A DNA stretch of 64,000 bases from an uncultured Acidobacteriota bacterium (lineage in GTDB: Bacteria > Acidobacteriota > Terriglobia > UBA7540). The stretch spans positions 1,644 to 65,643 of the forward strand of contig CAWHWE010000013.1 of the NCBI GenBank assembly GCA_963832915.1, in the 5' to 3' direction. Each line of letters starts with the position of its first letter. The stretch's first letter is position 1. Of this stretch, positions 1 to 8,600 are shown in pieces. Made by a program: the position numbers and the translations under genes. The notes under the pieces are model-generated. The model did not search any database, was not told the DNA's origin, and was given only the letters and a program-made list of their open reading frames with translations.

Positions 1-30
1 AAGCCGCCAGCTACGAGCTGGCTCCGGAAA

Positions 31-423
31 ATGTCCTCCGGGATTGAGCAGCCGGCTCTACGCCGCGCGACCGATGTAGCGCGGACCTCCGTTTTTGAGG
101 TCCGCGGTTCCTCCATAAATTCAGACTTCCGAACCCGAGGGCAGACCCTGTTTTGGAGATTTGCGGTTTTTCCCACTGAGGAACCGCGGACCCCAACGAC
201 GGGGGTCCGCCCTACCCCTCAGCTTCGCGTTTCCGGATCCAAGGGCAAAATGGCCATCCTCAACCCGCAGGCTTCAAAGGCGGACGGCGCATCAGACAAC
301 GAGTTTGATGTCCGGAATGCTTTTTGGCGCAAAACCAACAGATGCTATAGCTCTTTCGGAAAGTACGTGCTTGGCCGGCGCTGGGGCTTGGATTCCCAGG
401 GCTTCGAAGGTGTGAAAAAATAA
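31..423 (+). CDS. Possible 3' portion of, or short, hypothetical ORF; no recognisable family
   Basis: ORF track only; low-complexity Pro/Thr/Arg-rich middle; no motif recognised. Confidence 0.15.
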   Translation: MSSGIEQPALRRATDVARTSVFEVRGSSINSDFRTRGQTLFWRFAVFPTEEPRTPTTGVRPTPQLRVSGSKGKMAILNPQASKADGASDNEFDVRNAFWRKTNRCYSSFGKYVLGRRWGLDSQGFEGVKK

Positions 424-587
424 ACAATCTCACGCAAAGACGCTAAGGCACAAAGACTCGCAAAGAACAACTGCATTGTTTTCTTTGCGCCTTCTGCGAC
501 TTTGCTACTTTGCGTGAAGTGCTTTTGCCCATCCAGGGATTATTTCACGGCTTCTTGCGCCCTGGGCTAAGTTCTATCGCCCGCTAG

Positions 588-762
588 TGTGCTGTAACAT
601 CCAATTCTTGAAAATGGTCGCGGGGCACTGCCTCGTTGTAGGGGTACGGCTTGCCGTACCTTTGTGGATCGGTCGCGCGATAAAAATGAAGAGGGTGCGG
701 CAAGCCGTACCCCTACAACCAGGGCAGCAGCGCCGTTGGCCAATTGTCAAAAGAAATTGCCG
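588..762. repeat. MITE-like dispersed repeat, copy A (core 588-728 is ~90% identical to the reverse complement of 50890-51034). It contains a 26-bp internal hairpin with arms GTTGTAGGGGTACGGCTTGCCGTACC / GGTGCGGCAAGCCGTACCCCTACAAC, and imperfect terminal inverted repeats ~598-625 / ~737-762.
   Basis: Direct sequence comparison of the two copies within this window. Confidence 0.8.
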
Positions 763-775
763 CGCTGAAAACCAC

Positions 776-804
776 TTGACACGAGTAATCTATATATGTA
801 GAGT
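776..804 (+). promoter_or_regulatory. Sigma70-like promoter of the PadR gene: -35 TTGACA (776-781), 17-bp spacer, -10 TAGAGT (799-804). The ATG lies 8 nt downstream, so the mRNA is probably leaderless. The spacer carries the imperfect palindrome TCTATATATGTAGA, a candidate PadR operator.
   Basis: Hexamer match and spacing read from the sequence. Confidence 0.5.
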
Positions 805-811
805 TTCTGGT

Positions 812-1120
812 ATGAAGACGCCGAGAATATCTCCCGAGACTCTCCTGGTTCTGGAAAAGTTTGTTGAGAGCCCCACGGCCTGGCGCTACGGTTACGAGCT
901 GAGCCGCGAAACGGCACTTCCGTCCGGAACGCTTTACCCCATTCTGATACGCCTCGAAAAGCACAAGCTGCTAGTGGCTCGCTGGGTGGTTACGGAGCAA
1001 GGTGTACCTCCGCGGCACACCTACATGTTGACGCCCGACGGATTGGAATTGGCTCGCGCCAAATTGGCTGAGGCTCGCCCGCCCTTGGTGACGCGGCGGC
1101 CCGCCTTGAGCAAAGGATAA
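812..1120 (+). CDS. PadR-family transcriptional regulator (102 aa)
   Basis: Winged-helix motif ...WRYGYELSRETALPSGTLYPILIRLEKHKLL... typical of PadR. The upstream in-frame extension to 587 is encoded by the repeat element and is not credible. Confidence 0.85.
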   Translation: MKTPRISPETLLVLEKFVESPTAWRYGYELSRETALPSGTLYPILIRLEKHKLLVARWVVTEQGVPPRHTYMLTPDGLELARAKLAEARPPLVTRRPALSKG

Positions 1121-1125
1121 CGGTC

Positions 1126-2580
1126 ATGCTTGATGCACACCTGCATCACTCGGCAAGATTGCTCCTTGAAGCCTCGATTCGCATTGCGCCCCGCTGCACC
1201 CGCCACTGGGGCCAGGCGATGCTGGCGGAACTGATGTACGTGGAAGGCCCTTGGGCGGCGCTCGGCTGGGCGCTCGGCGGCGCCGGCGTCCTTGCCAAAC
1301 ACGCCCTCATCTCTCTTTTCATTCCTGGCAACTCCGGGCAGGCCATCACGCCCCAGGGAGGGCTCTTCGCCAAGGAGGTTTCCATGCGCAAGGCTGCCCT
1401 CATCACCACCGGCGGATGCATTCTTGCAGTGCTGCTTCTATTCGTTGCTCCCGCATTTCGCCAGGCGTTTCAACTTTCGCTCGCGCCGTGGCACTGGGTG
1501 TTCCATTTGAGCCCATCGGATGACCAGTCCAGCTTGCGCGATCTCGCCCGGCGGGCTGAGGACAAGCACGATGCGGAGGGGGTAGCCTTCTGCGCCGTGC
1601 GTCTTCGGGATGACCGCGAAAGTGCTCGCTTGGCGGAAGAAGCCGTCCGCCTGAACCCGAACTTTCTTTGGGTCTACGCGGTTGTCGCAGTGCGCCACCC
1701 CACGCTTCCCGAGATCAGCCAGTGGGTCCCCATGCTGGAGCAGCTCGATCCGCAGAATGCCCTCCTCCACATGATTATCGCGGAAAGTAATGACATCCTT
1801 CATGTGGGTCGCGAAGATGTCGCGTCGCACGGAAATGCGAAAGACCCGGCGTGGCTGAGCGCCATGGCGGCCGCGTTCCACTCTGCGAAATTCGACGATT
1901 ATCTAGACCGTATCGAAGCCTTGCAGGGCAAGGTCGTGCCCAGGTACGGTCTGCACGATCCGGGTCAGCTCATGTTGGGAGACGAGCAGTCCGTACCTAC
2001 ATACACTTTCTGGGATTCTCGGAACTACGCAAAATTCCTTATTCAATCCGGGAAAGAGCTCGAAGCCAAAGGTGATAAAAAGGGCGCGATCGAGAAATAT
2101 TGGGGTGTGGCACGTTACGGCCAGGTGATTGATTCTCATTCACACGCCGATATGGAACATTGGCTGGGCACAACCCTACAAAGCACCGCCTACCAGAAAC
2201 TCCAAGAAGTTTCCGAGAGGGACGGGAATCACACCGAGGCCGCGCAATTCACTTACCTTGCGACCAGGTTCGACCCAAGCCGGACACTTCCAGAACGGCT
2301 GTGGCAGGATGTAGGCGCGCAGGATTTTGCCCAATGGGACGCTTTGCTAGTGACTGCATTCGGTGCTGATGATGCTCATCTTCGCGGGGTGCCTGGCGAT
2401 TGCCGCATCCATATTCATCCTGCGGCGGAAGGGCACGGGGCCAAATGGTCTGCGCGCCAAGCGTCTGGCTGCGAGGCTCGTTTTGACGGGCTCGGTGGGT
2501 TTGTTTCTCTCCTCCGCGATGCTCTACGTCACCTACCGCCCTTACGCGGAGATCCTGGATCGCATCCTCAAACTCGATAG
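1126..2580 (+). CDS. Hypothetical protein with an internal TM segment, partner of PadR; the 3' ~200 nt overlap the next ORF and the C-terminal residues look like GC-frame noise
   Basis: Long ORF immediately downstream of padR; TM helix AALITTGGCILAVLLLFVAPAF; no family recognised. Confidence 0.4.
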   Translation: MLDAHLHHSARLLLEASIRIAPRCTRHWGQAMLAELMYVEGPWAALGWALGGAGVLAKHALISLFIPGNSGQAITPQGGLFAKEVSMRKAALITTGGCILAVLLLFVAPAFRQAFQLSLAPWHWVFHLSPSDDQSSLRDLARRAEDKHDAEGVAFCAVRLRDDRESARLAEEAVRLNPNFLWVYAVVAVRHPTLPEISQWVPMLEQLDPQNALLHMIIAESNDILHVGREDVASHGNAKDPAWLSAMAAAFHSAKFDDYLDRIEALQGKVVPRYGLHDPGQLMLGDEQSVPTYTFWDSRNYAKFLIQSGKELEAKGDKKGAIEKYWGVARYGQVIDSHSHADMEHWLGTTLQSTAYQKLQEVSERDGNHTEAAQFTYLATRFDPSRTLPERLWQDVGAQDFAQWDALLVTAFGADDAHLRGVPGDCRIHIHPAAEGHGAKWSARQASGCEARFDGLGGFVSLLRDALRHLPPLRGDPGSHPQTR

Positions 2581-2890
2581 GGACCCCCGCTACGCGGATC
2601 TTTTCGATCGTGTCCTCAAGGGCGATATGAGCGGCCCCTACGCGGAGGATCTCAGTCGCATCGTCAAGGTCAATAGCAGCGGCATTGACAGCCTCCGCAG
2701 CTTTCTAGCTCACACTCACGACCTGCCGGTCGTGCCAAGGCCTCCCGGCTGGGATCCCTACGGGTTTCACCACCCCCTGAACTTTGCATTTTATTTCTGG
2801 CTGGCCGTGATTCTATTCAGTCTAGTCGGGCTCCTCCTCGTGGCGATAAGGCACTTACGCAGCCACACGCGCGCCCGCGTCCCGGCATAA
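2363..2890 (+). CDS. Hypothetical membrane protein (2 TM), possibly the true 3' continuation of the previous gene after a frameshift
   Basis: N- and C-terminal hydrophobic helices; overlaps 1126..2580 by 218 nt in another frame. Confidence 0.35.
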   Translation: MLMMLIFAGCLAIAASIFILRRKGTGPNGLRAKRLAARLVLTGSVGLFLSSAMLYVTYRPYAEILDRILKLDRDPRYADLFDRVLKGDMSGPYAEDLSRIVKVNSSGIDSLRSFLAHTHDLPVVPRPPGWDPYGFHHPLNFAFYFWLAVILFSLVGLLLVAIRHLRSHTRARVPA

Positions 2891-2922
2891 TCCGGATTTC
2901 TCTTTCATACAAGGAGGGTTCA

Positions 2923-3549
2923 ATGAGCTTCTCGACCAAGAGTTTTTTAATGGGTCTCGGGGCAGGGGCAGCAGTGGCGTTGCTTGTTCTGGATATCTGG
3001 GGCAGGCATTACACGAATGAATATTTCCTGAGCTCGCAGCCGCGCCTGCTTCTGCCTTTTCTTCAGCAAGGTTTGGAAAACATCGTGAATTCACAAATGT
3101 CTGCGCACCTGCCGCAGCCCTGGTTGCCCGGACTCAGCAGCGGTCCGCACGACGGCTGGCAGTTGAAGAGCCTTGCCGGAAAGCCCGTAGCGCTCGGTGA
3201 CTTCAAGGGGAAGGTGGTATTTCTCGACTTTTGGGCAACGTACTGCGGCCCTTGCGTTAATGAGATGGCCGGGGTCAAGCGTCTGGCCGACTCACTCCGA
3301 AACGAGAACGTCGCCTTCCTGCTGGCCGCCCGGGATGACGAGGCGCACGTTCGAGAATTCCTCCGCAAGCACCCCATCGATTTGCCCATCTACCTCGCGA
3401 ACGGAGGTGCGCCGGACATGCCCGCCGTCCCCATCCCTGCCAACTACATCCTGGACCGGCAGGGCGTGGTCGTCTTCCAACACATTGGCGCAGCAACATG
3501 GGACACCGATAGCGCCCGAGCTTTTCTGCGCAGCCTCGAAAATCGCTAA
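2923..3549 (+). CDS. TlpA/ResA-like thiol:disulfide oxidoreductase (thioredoxin fold, membrane-anchored)
   Basis: N-terminal TM; FWATYCGPC CxxC motif; AhpC/TSA-like context (KGKVVFLDFWA). Confidence 0.8.
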   Translation: MSFSTKSFLMGLGAGAAVALLVLDIWGRHYTNEYFLSSQPRLLLPFLQQGLENIVNSQMSAHLPQPWLPGLSSGPHDGWQLKSLAGKPVALGDFKGKVVFLDFWATYCGPCVNEMAGVKRLADSLRNENVAFLLAARDDEAHVREFLRKHPIDLPIYLANGGAPDMPAVPIPANYILDRQGVVVFQHIGAATWDTDSARAFLRSLENR

Positions 3550-3586
3550 AAGGAGAGGCGATCCTTCCTCTCGAATCAGGTCTGCC

Positions 3587-4552
3587 CTACGCTTGCTTTT
3601 CCACCTTAAGCTGGCCATGTTCGATCAGCCAGGTGAGTGACTCCCAGACAGCTTCCATCGAGCTGTAACGTGGTTGATAATCAAGCAGCTTTTGGGCCTT
3701 GGCGATGCTGCAATTCGAGCAATGAGTCAGATGGTCCCAGGTATTTTGCGCGTCTTTGGCAGAGACTGTGGCTCGGTACTCCTCCCAAGGGACAAATCGC
3801 AGCCGCGCGGGCTGCCCAAACCATGCGGCCAGAGATTCCGCGTAACCCCGCATCGTCATCGCCGCGGGCGAGACGGAATGGAAGCTCTCGCCCACAGAGG
3901 CATTCCGGTTGGCAATCGCCTTCATGAAGGCTTGCGCCACGTCGTCCGCATGAACGTGATGGAACGTCTCCAGGCCCTGGTGCGGCATCAGCAGTTCTTC
4001 TCCCCGGGCGAGTTTCCCGTACACGTCCAGGCTCCATGTGCCCAATGGGTCCAATGGCACCCAACCCGGTCCCACGATGTGACCGGGGAGCACGGAGGTT
4101 GCCGGGAAACCGTGGACCTGGGCTTCTTCGATGAGATAGGCTTCGAGTTGCGCTTTCTTGATGCCGTAGTCTCCAAACGGACGACGCGGCGAGTCCTCCG
4201 TGATGGCAGCGGTCACGGGATAGCCGTGGACCCAGATGGTACTGCAACTGAGGAAATGGCGCACCTTTCCGCGCAAGGCCTCGACCAACTGCCGGGCGGC
4301 CGCCGGATCAAAACAGATCATGTCAATGACGATGTCGGGCTTGAGCCTGCTCACGCTCAATCCGAACGTCCCTGCCGCATCCTCGGCCTGGCGGTCCATG
4401 GTGACGTGCTGCACTTTCTTCCATGCGGGATCAGGCAGGTATGGCTTGCTTCCTCCTCGGTGGATGCAAACCACCTCGTAGCTCTCGCGAATCAGTCGCG
4501 GAATGAGAAACGTACCCACATGACCCGTCCCACCAATCACCACAACGCGCAT
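3587..4552 (-). CDS. NAD(P)-dependent epimerase/dehydratase family protein (SDR, NmrA-like)
   Basis: MRVVVIGGTGHVGT Rossmann motif at the chosen start (ATG 4552); the ORF-track start at 4702 adds 50 non-conserved residues. Confidence 0.75.
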   Translation of the reverse strand: MRVVVIGGTGHVGTFLIPRLIRESYEVVCIHRGGSKPYLPDPAWKKVQHVTMDRQAEDAAGTFGLSVSRLKPDIVIDMICFDPAAARQLVEALRGKVRHFLSCSTIWVHGYPVTAAITEDSPRRPFGDYGIKKAQLEAYLIEEAQVHGFPATSVLPGHIVGPGWVPLDPLGTWSLDVYGKLARGEELLMPHQGLETFHHVHADDVAQAFMKAIANRNASVGESFHSVSPAAMTMRGYAESLAAWFGQPARLRFVPWEEYRATVSAKDAQNTWDHLTHCSNCSIAKAQKLLDYQPRYSSMEAVWESLTWLIEHGQLKVEKQA

Positions 4553-4934
4553 CGATGTCCTCCCGTTCGTTCCGGATTTCCATTTTCGTTTTCCGACCAA
4601 AAGGTAATATACAAGCGACCACCTCCGCGCGCAATGCTTCAACCCAGCGCGGCCGTTGCCCGCAACCAAGACGAGGCTCTCTGTGTCCTCCGTGCCTTTC
4701 AAGCCTTAACACAGAGCACACGGAGCATCTCAGTGATCCCGTGCCTGCGGGACTCTTCTGGCCACGGAGGACACGGGGGCACTGCTGAGAGGAGGAAAAA
4801 TCTTCGCGGCGCGAAAAGAAATTCGGGATTTGTAGTCCAGCGAGGAAGCACCGCGGACCTCCCGCCAAGGCGGGACGGAGGTTTGCGCTACGCTTGCCGG
4901 CGCCAAACCAGGACACCACCGCGACGACATGTCT

Positions 4935-4963
4935 CTTGACATTCACAAGAAGATAGGCTAGAA
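4935..4963 (+). promoter_or_regulatory. Near-consensus sigma70 promoter: TTGACA (4935-4940), 17-bp spacer, TAGAAT (4958-4963). It points into a ~640-bp ORF-free, repeat-rich region upstream of the MaoC gene.
   Basis: Hexamers and spacing read directly from the sequence. Confidence 0.5.
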
Positions 4964-5087
4964 TACTATGCTCCTTTAGGCTGAATTCAGGGTTCAGGAG
5001 CAAGGAGACGAAAAAACGATGGGCAGGAGAGGCAATTATGGATGGTGAACAGTGGATTCCCTTAGGTCTAAAAAGTGAACGAACGAC

Positions 5088-5210
5088 GCGCGAATGTCTA
5101 TGAAAACAAAGGACCGTTGTAAAACAAATGAGCGCAAAGCGGGAATGTTATAGAAAACAAATATACTTATCGGCTTAAGGCGGGAATGTTGATGAAAAGA
5201 AAGGTAGTTA
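5088..5210. repeat. GGGAATG tri-iteron element, copy A. Three sub-repeats GCG(C/G)GAATGT(C/T)(T/A)ATRGAAAAC start at 5088, 5139 and 5180 (spacing 51 and 41 bp). It is the inverted homologue of 52581-52710.
   Basis: Aligned by eye with the reverse complement of 52581-52710; sub-repeat order and spacing are conserved. Confidence 0.75.
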
Positions 5211-5415
5211 GTAGGTGGTAGGACCAAGGTGTGGGTGGAGCCGCAGCCGAACTTTAATCGTTGCCCGTAGATTTTTAACCCCGTTGGGTCTTGTAGCGCC
5301 GGTCCCGCGCAGCGGGACCGGCTCAGCCCCAATTTGCCGACCCCGCAAGGCGGGGGCCACGCCACGCCAATCTGAGCCACCACCGGATAGATGGTACTGT
5401 CCCAATTTCAGACGT

Positions 5416-5465
5416 AGCGCCGGCTTCCAGCCGGCACCGAGCCGCCAAGATGGCGGCGCTACGTT
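5416..5465. repeat. Nested-hairpin intergenic element of the GTAGCGCCG...CGGCGCTAC family (inner hairpins GCCGGCttccaGCCGGC and GCCGCCaagatGGCGGC). A second hairpin GGTCCCGCGCAGCGGGACC lies at 5301-5320.
   Basis: Palindromes read from the sequence. Confidence 0.6.
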
Positions 5466-5600
5466 CAAATTAGGACAGCACCGGAAAGATTGCCAGCTTG
5501 ATTTGAGGGCCTTCGCTGTGACAAAGTGAGAGGCCAGACTGCTTCATGCGCTGGCGCTTATAGACCGAGGAGCTCAGATTTCATCCCGGAGACTTAACCC

Positions 5601-6113
5601 GTGAATCCCAATCCCGACCCCACCAAGCACTCCGAAATCCCGATCTGGAATGCCGAGAACTGGTTTTACGAAGATTTCGAGATCGGCCACAAGATCCGCT
5701 CCATCCGGCGCACCATCTCGGAAGGCGAAAGCATGCTCTTCAACGCCCTCATCCTCGATATGCACCCTTACGTGGGCGATCAGATCTTCGCCAGCACGGA
5801 AGGGGTGTTTGGCAAACGCCTGGTTGCCGGGGCCATGGTTTTCAGCTACGGGCTGGGACTGGTGGGTACAAATTGTGTGAACGCCTTCAGCTACGGGTAT
5901 GACAAGCTGCGCTTCATACGGCCGGTCTTTATTGGCGACACCATTTACACCATTCGGACCAACCTGGAGAAACGGCCAAAGAACAAAGAGAGGGGCTTGG
6001 TCAGATCCTGTTATGAAGTCTTCAAGAACGAGGGTGAGCTGGCGCTCTATTGCGAGCACCTGCGAACTGTAAAATACCGCGACCCGTCTCGCTGGCAGGG
6101 TCAAGCGGAATAG
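5601..6113 (+). CDS. MaoC-like (R)-specific enoyl-CoA hydratase / hot-dog fold dehydratase
   Basis: 170 aa; hot-dog fold size and conserved MaoC core (…[25 protein letters not shown]…). Confidence 0.7.
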   Translation: MNPNPDPTKHSEIPIWNAENWFYEDFEIGHKIRSIRRTISEGESMLFNALILDMHPYVGDQIFASTEGVFGKRLVAGAMVFSYGLGLVGTNCVNAFSYGYDKLRFIRPVFIGDTIYTIRTNLEKRPKNKERGLVRSCYEVFKNEGELALYCEHLRTVKYRDPSRWQGQAE

Positions 6114-6154
6114 TCAAGGTGGAATCAGAGGTTCCGCTAGGGGAAGAAGCCATC

Positions 6155-7324
6155 ATGGAAAGAACAGCAAACTGCAAGGCGAAGTTGGCGCGCATGAACA
6201 AGACGTTGCACCATCAGGAGGTGGATCGGGTCCCCATCAGCGACTTTTTTTGGGGCAGCTTTCTGGCGCGATGGCGTAAGGACCTTGGGCTTGCTCCCGA
6301 CACCGATGTTTATAAGTACTACGATCTCGATTGGGTGGTCACCATCCCCAACCTGGATCCTCACATCAAGCAGTTTGAAGTCCTCAAGGAAAATGAGGAA
6401 GAGGTGGTAGTCCGCACGGGGTTCGAAGCGGTGCTCCAAAAGCGCCTGGCTTATCCCATGCCAGCCTACCTCAGGTTCGATACCGATACGGTCGAAAAGA
6501 TGCAGGCGTTTCAATTCGATGATCCTTGGGATGAGCGGCGCTTCTTCAAAGCCGGTGACAACCAGATTGCAGGCGTCGGTGATGGTTTTGAGCGAAATTC
6601 TCCTGCCTGGATCGACAGTGTGAAGAAGAACTATCCGGATATCCCCGTTTACGGCAGCGTCTGCGAAGGCCAGGAGATGCTGTGGCGCATCCTCGGCACG
6701 GAACATGTGATGCTATGGATTGGGCTGCATCCTGAAGAAGTGGGAAAGTTTGTGGAGAGAATCAATCCCTTCTCCCTGGAACTCCTTAAGGCCCAAATCA
6801 GGGCAGCCGACGGCCTGCTGGACGGAATAGTCATCTGGGGAGACGTGGCCTACAAGCAAGGCCTTTTCTTCTCCCCCAACTATTGGCGCCAGTACTTCAA
6901 ACCCGGCGTGAAAGCCCTGGTGGAGGAATGCCACCTATGCGGGTTGCCGGTGATCTATCACGGCTGCGGAAATGTGCAGAGGATTTTCGAAGACTTTATC
7001 GAAGTGGGCGTGGACGCTTACAACCCGTTGGAGGCCAAGGCCGGTATGGACGTGGTCGAATTGCGGCGGAAATACGGCCACCGCATCGCGTTCTGTGGAA
7101 ACATGGATGTGATCCAGTGGGCGGAGGGAAGCCCGGAAGACCTGAAGCGGACCGTCCTGACCAAGTTGAACGCGGCCAAAGGCGGCGGGTACATCTTCCA
7201 GTCGGACCACTCCGTGCCCAGCAACGTGTCCGGACAGAACTACGACTACGTGGTCAAGCTGGTGCGTGAGTACGGGAAATACCCACTCCGCTTGGGGGAG
7301 TACGACCTTCCCGATTTAAAGTAG
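6155..7324 (+). CDS. Uroporphyrinogen decarboxylase (URO-D/MtaA-like) family protein, paralog 1
   Basis: N-terminal ...HHQEVDRVPISDFFW... (the x-x-DR-x-P signature of PF01208-type proteins); ~390 aa; start chosen at ATG 6155. Confidence 0.7.
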   Translation: MERTANCKAKLARMNKTLHHQEVDRVPISDFFWGSFLARWRKDLGLAPDTDVYKYYDLDWVVTIPNLDPHIKQFEVLKENEEEVVVRTGFEAVLQKRLAYPMPAYLRFDTDTVEKMQAFQFDDPWDERRFFKAGDNQIAGVGDGFERNSPAWIDSVKKNYPDIPVYGSVCEGQEMLWRILGTEHVMLWIGLHPEEVGKFVERINPFSLELLKAQIRAADGLLDGIVIWGDVAYKQGLFFSPNYWRQYFKPGVKALVEECHLCGLPVIYHGCGNVQRIFEDFIEVGVDAYNPLEAKAGMDVVELRRKYGHRIAFCGNMDVIQWAEGSPEDLKRTVLTKLNAAKGGGYIFQSDHSVPSNVSGQNYDYVVKLVREYGKYPLRLGEYDLPDLK

Positions 7325-7480
7325 TGGCGGAAGCGCTTTGGAGTGCGGTCCCGCGTGCGGGACCGCTCTTGTGCCGCGAGCTTGCTCGCGGTCATCTCGG
7401 CACGGAACGTCATCCAGGCCAGCAAGCTGGCCTGCAAGAAAGCGGCAGCAAGCTACCGCACTCCAAAGCTGGAGGTTTTT
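7325..7480. repeat. Structured intergenic element: outer stem GCGCTTTGGAGTGCGG/CCGCACTCCAAAGC enclosing three hairpins (GGTCCCGCGTGCGGGACC, CGCGAGCTTGCTCGCG, GGCCAGCAAGCTGGCC). It starts on the stop codon of the upstream gene.
   Basis: Palindromes read from the sequence. Confidence 0.6.
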
Positions 7481-8599
7481 ATGGATTCTAAAGAAAGACT
7501 CATGACGGCACTTCATAAGGGGAAGCCGGACCGGCTGCCGATTTCAGTCCACCAATGGCAGGCCTACCATCTCAAATACTTCCTGAATGGTATTTCGGCG
7601 CTGGAGGCCTTCCAGAAATTCGGCATGGATGCGCAGATCCAGTATTTCGGCGATGTGGGTCAAAGCGCCCTGGTTGATTATGATTTCACTAAATTCTCCA
7701 CTCCGGAATGGCACGATGAAGTTACCGCGGTCAGCAACGACCCCGACAACCGAATGGCCAATCATGCGATTCAAACCCCGGAGGGGATGCTGACCTATAA
7801 GACTCGTGGCGACCGGAAGACGACCTGGATCACCGAATACATGGTTAAACGCGATGAAGACATCGAGATCATTGACAAGTATTTGCCGGTGGGGAAACTG
7901 GATCTGGCCCCGGTGCAGACCCTCTACGATGAAGTCGGCGACAAGGGCATTCTGCGCGGGTTTGTTTGGGGAGACCAGGGCGGCTGCTGGCAACACGCCT
8001 GTTGCCTCATGGACGTCACCGAACTCATCATGCGCTGTATGGACAAACCGGACTGGGTTCATCGTTTGCTGACTATTCTTCTCCATAAGAAGCTCCGCTT
8101 CATCGAATCGATGAAAGGAGCCAAGTTTGACCTGGTTGAGACGGGCGGTGGAGCGGGTTCGTCCACGGTCATTTCTCCCAAATTGCACAGGGAGTTCTGC
8201 ACGCCTTACGACCGCAAAATGCATGACGCCCTGCACGACCTCGGATTCCTGGTGGCCTACCACACTTGCGGCGGGACGCGAGGAATCGAGGAATTGATTG
8301 TCGCCAATGGCGCGGACATTTCAGAGACGCTGGCCCCGACGAGCATTGGTGGAAATCAGGAACCCTGGGAATTCAAGCAAAAAGTGGGTAACAGGCTCGC
8401 CGTGATTGGCGGGCTTGACCAGTTCAACGTGCTCACCGCAGGGCCGGCCGAAAACATCCGGCAAACCGTGTGCACGCTCTTCGAGAAGGTCGGGCAGGAC
8501 GGAGGCTACGTCTGCTCGGTAAGCGATCACTTCTTCGATACGCCGGTCGAGCATCTCCAGGTGATGGCCGACGCGGCGAAAGAATGCGTCTATAACTGA
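7481..8599 (+). CDS. URO-D/MtaA-like family protein, paralog 2
   Basis: ...HKGKPDRLPISVHQW... signature; GGAGG RBS 8 nt upstream of ATG 7481. Confidence 0.7.
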   Translation: MDSKERLMTALHKGKPDRLPISVHQWQAYHLKYFLNGISALEAFQKFGMDAQIQYFGDVGQSALVDYDFTKFSTPEWHDEVTAVSNDPDNRMANHAIQTPEGMLTYKTRGDRKTTWITEYMVKRDEDIEIIDKYLPVGKLDLAPVQTLYDEVGDKGILRGFVWGDQGGCWQHACCLMDVTELIMRCMDKPDWVHRLLTILLHKKLRFIESMKGAKFDLVETGGGAGSSTVISPKLHREFCTPYDRKMHDALHDLGFLVAYHTCGGTRGIEELIVANGADISETLAPTSIGGNQEPWEFKQKVGNRLAVIGGLDQFNVLTAGPAENIRQTVCTLFEKVGQDGGYVCSVSDHFFDTPVEHLQVMADAAKECVYN

Positions 8600-8600
8600 T

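Noticed and set aside
587-811. N-terminal extension of the PadR ORF (MCCNIQFLKMVAGHCLVVGVRLAVP…)
   Set aside because: It is encoded by the MITE-like repeat, whose hairpin arms translate into this sequence. A promoter and the conserved PadR start lie downstream, so the real gene starts at 812.
3674-4939. 421-aa ORF on the + strand
   Set aside because: It lies entirely antisense to the well-supported SDR epimerase gene. Its Arg/Pro/Gly-rich translation is typical of GC-rich shadow frames.
4961-5600. tmRNA or another known housekeeping ncRNA downstream of the consensus promoter
   Set aside because: I could not find a tRNA-like 3' end (GGTTCGANTCC…CCA) or an ANDENYALAA-type tag reading frame. 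The region is better described as repeat units plus hairpins. An ncRNA of another kind is still possible, as reported in the findings.
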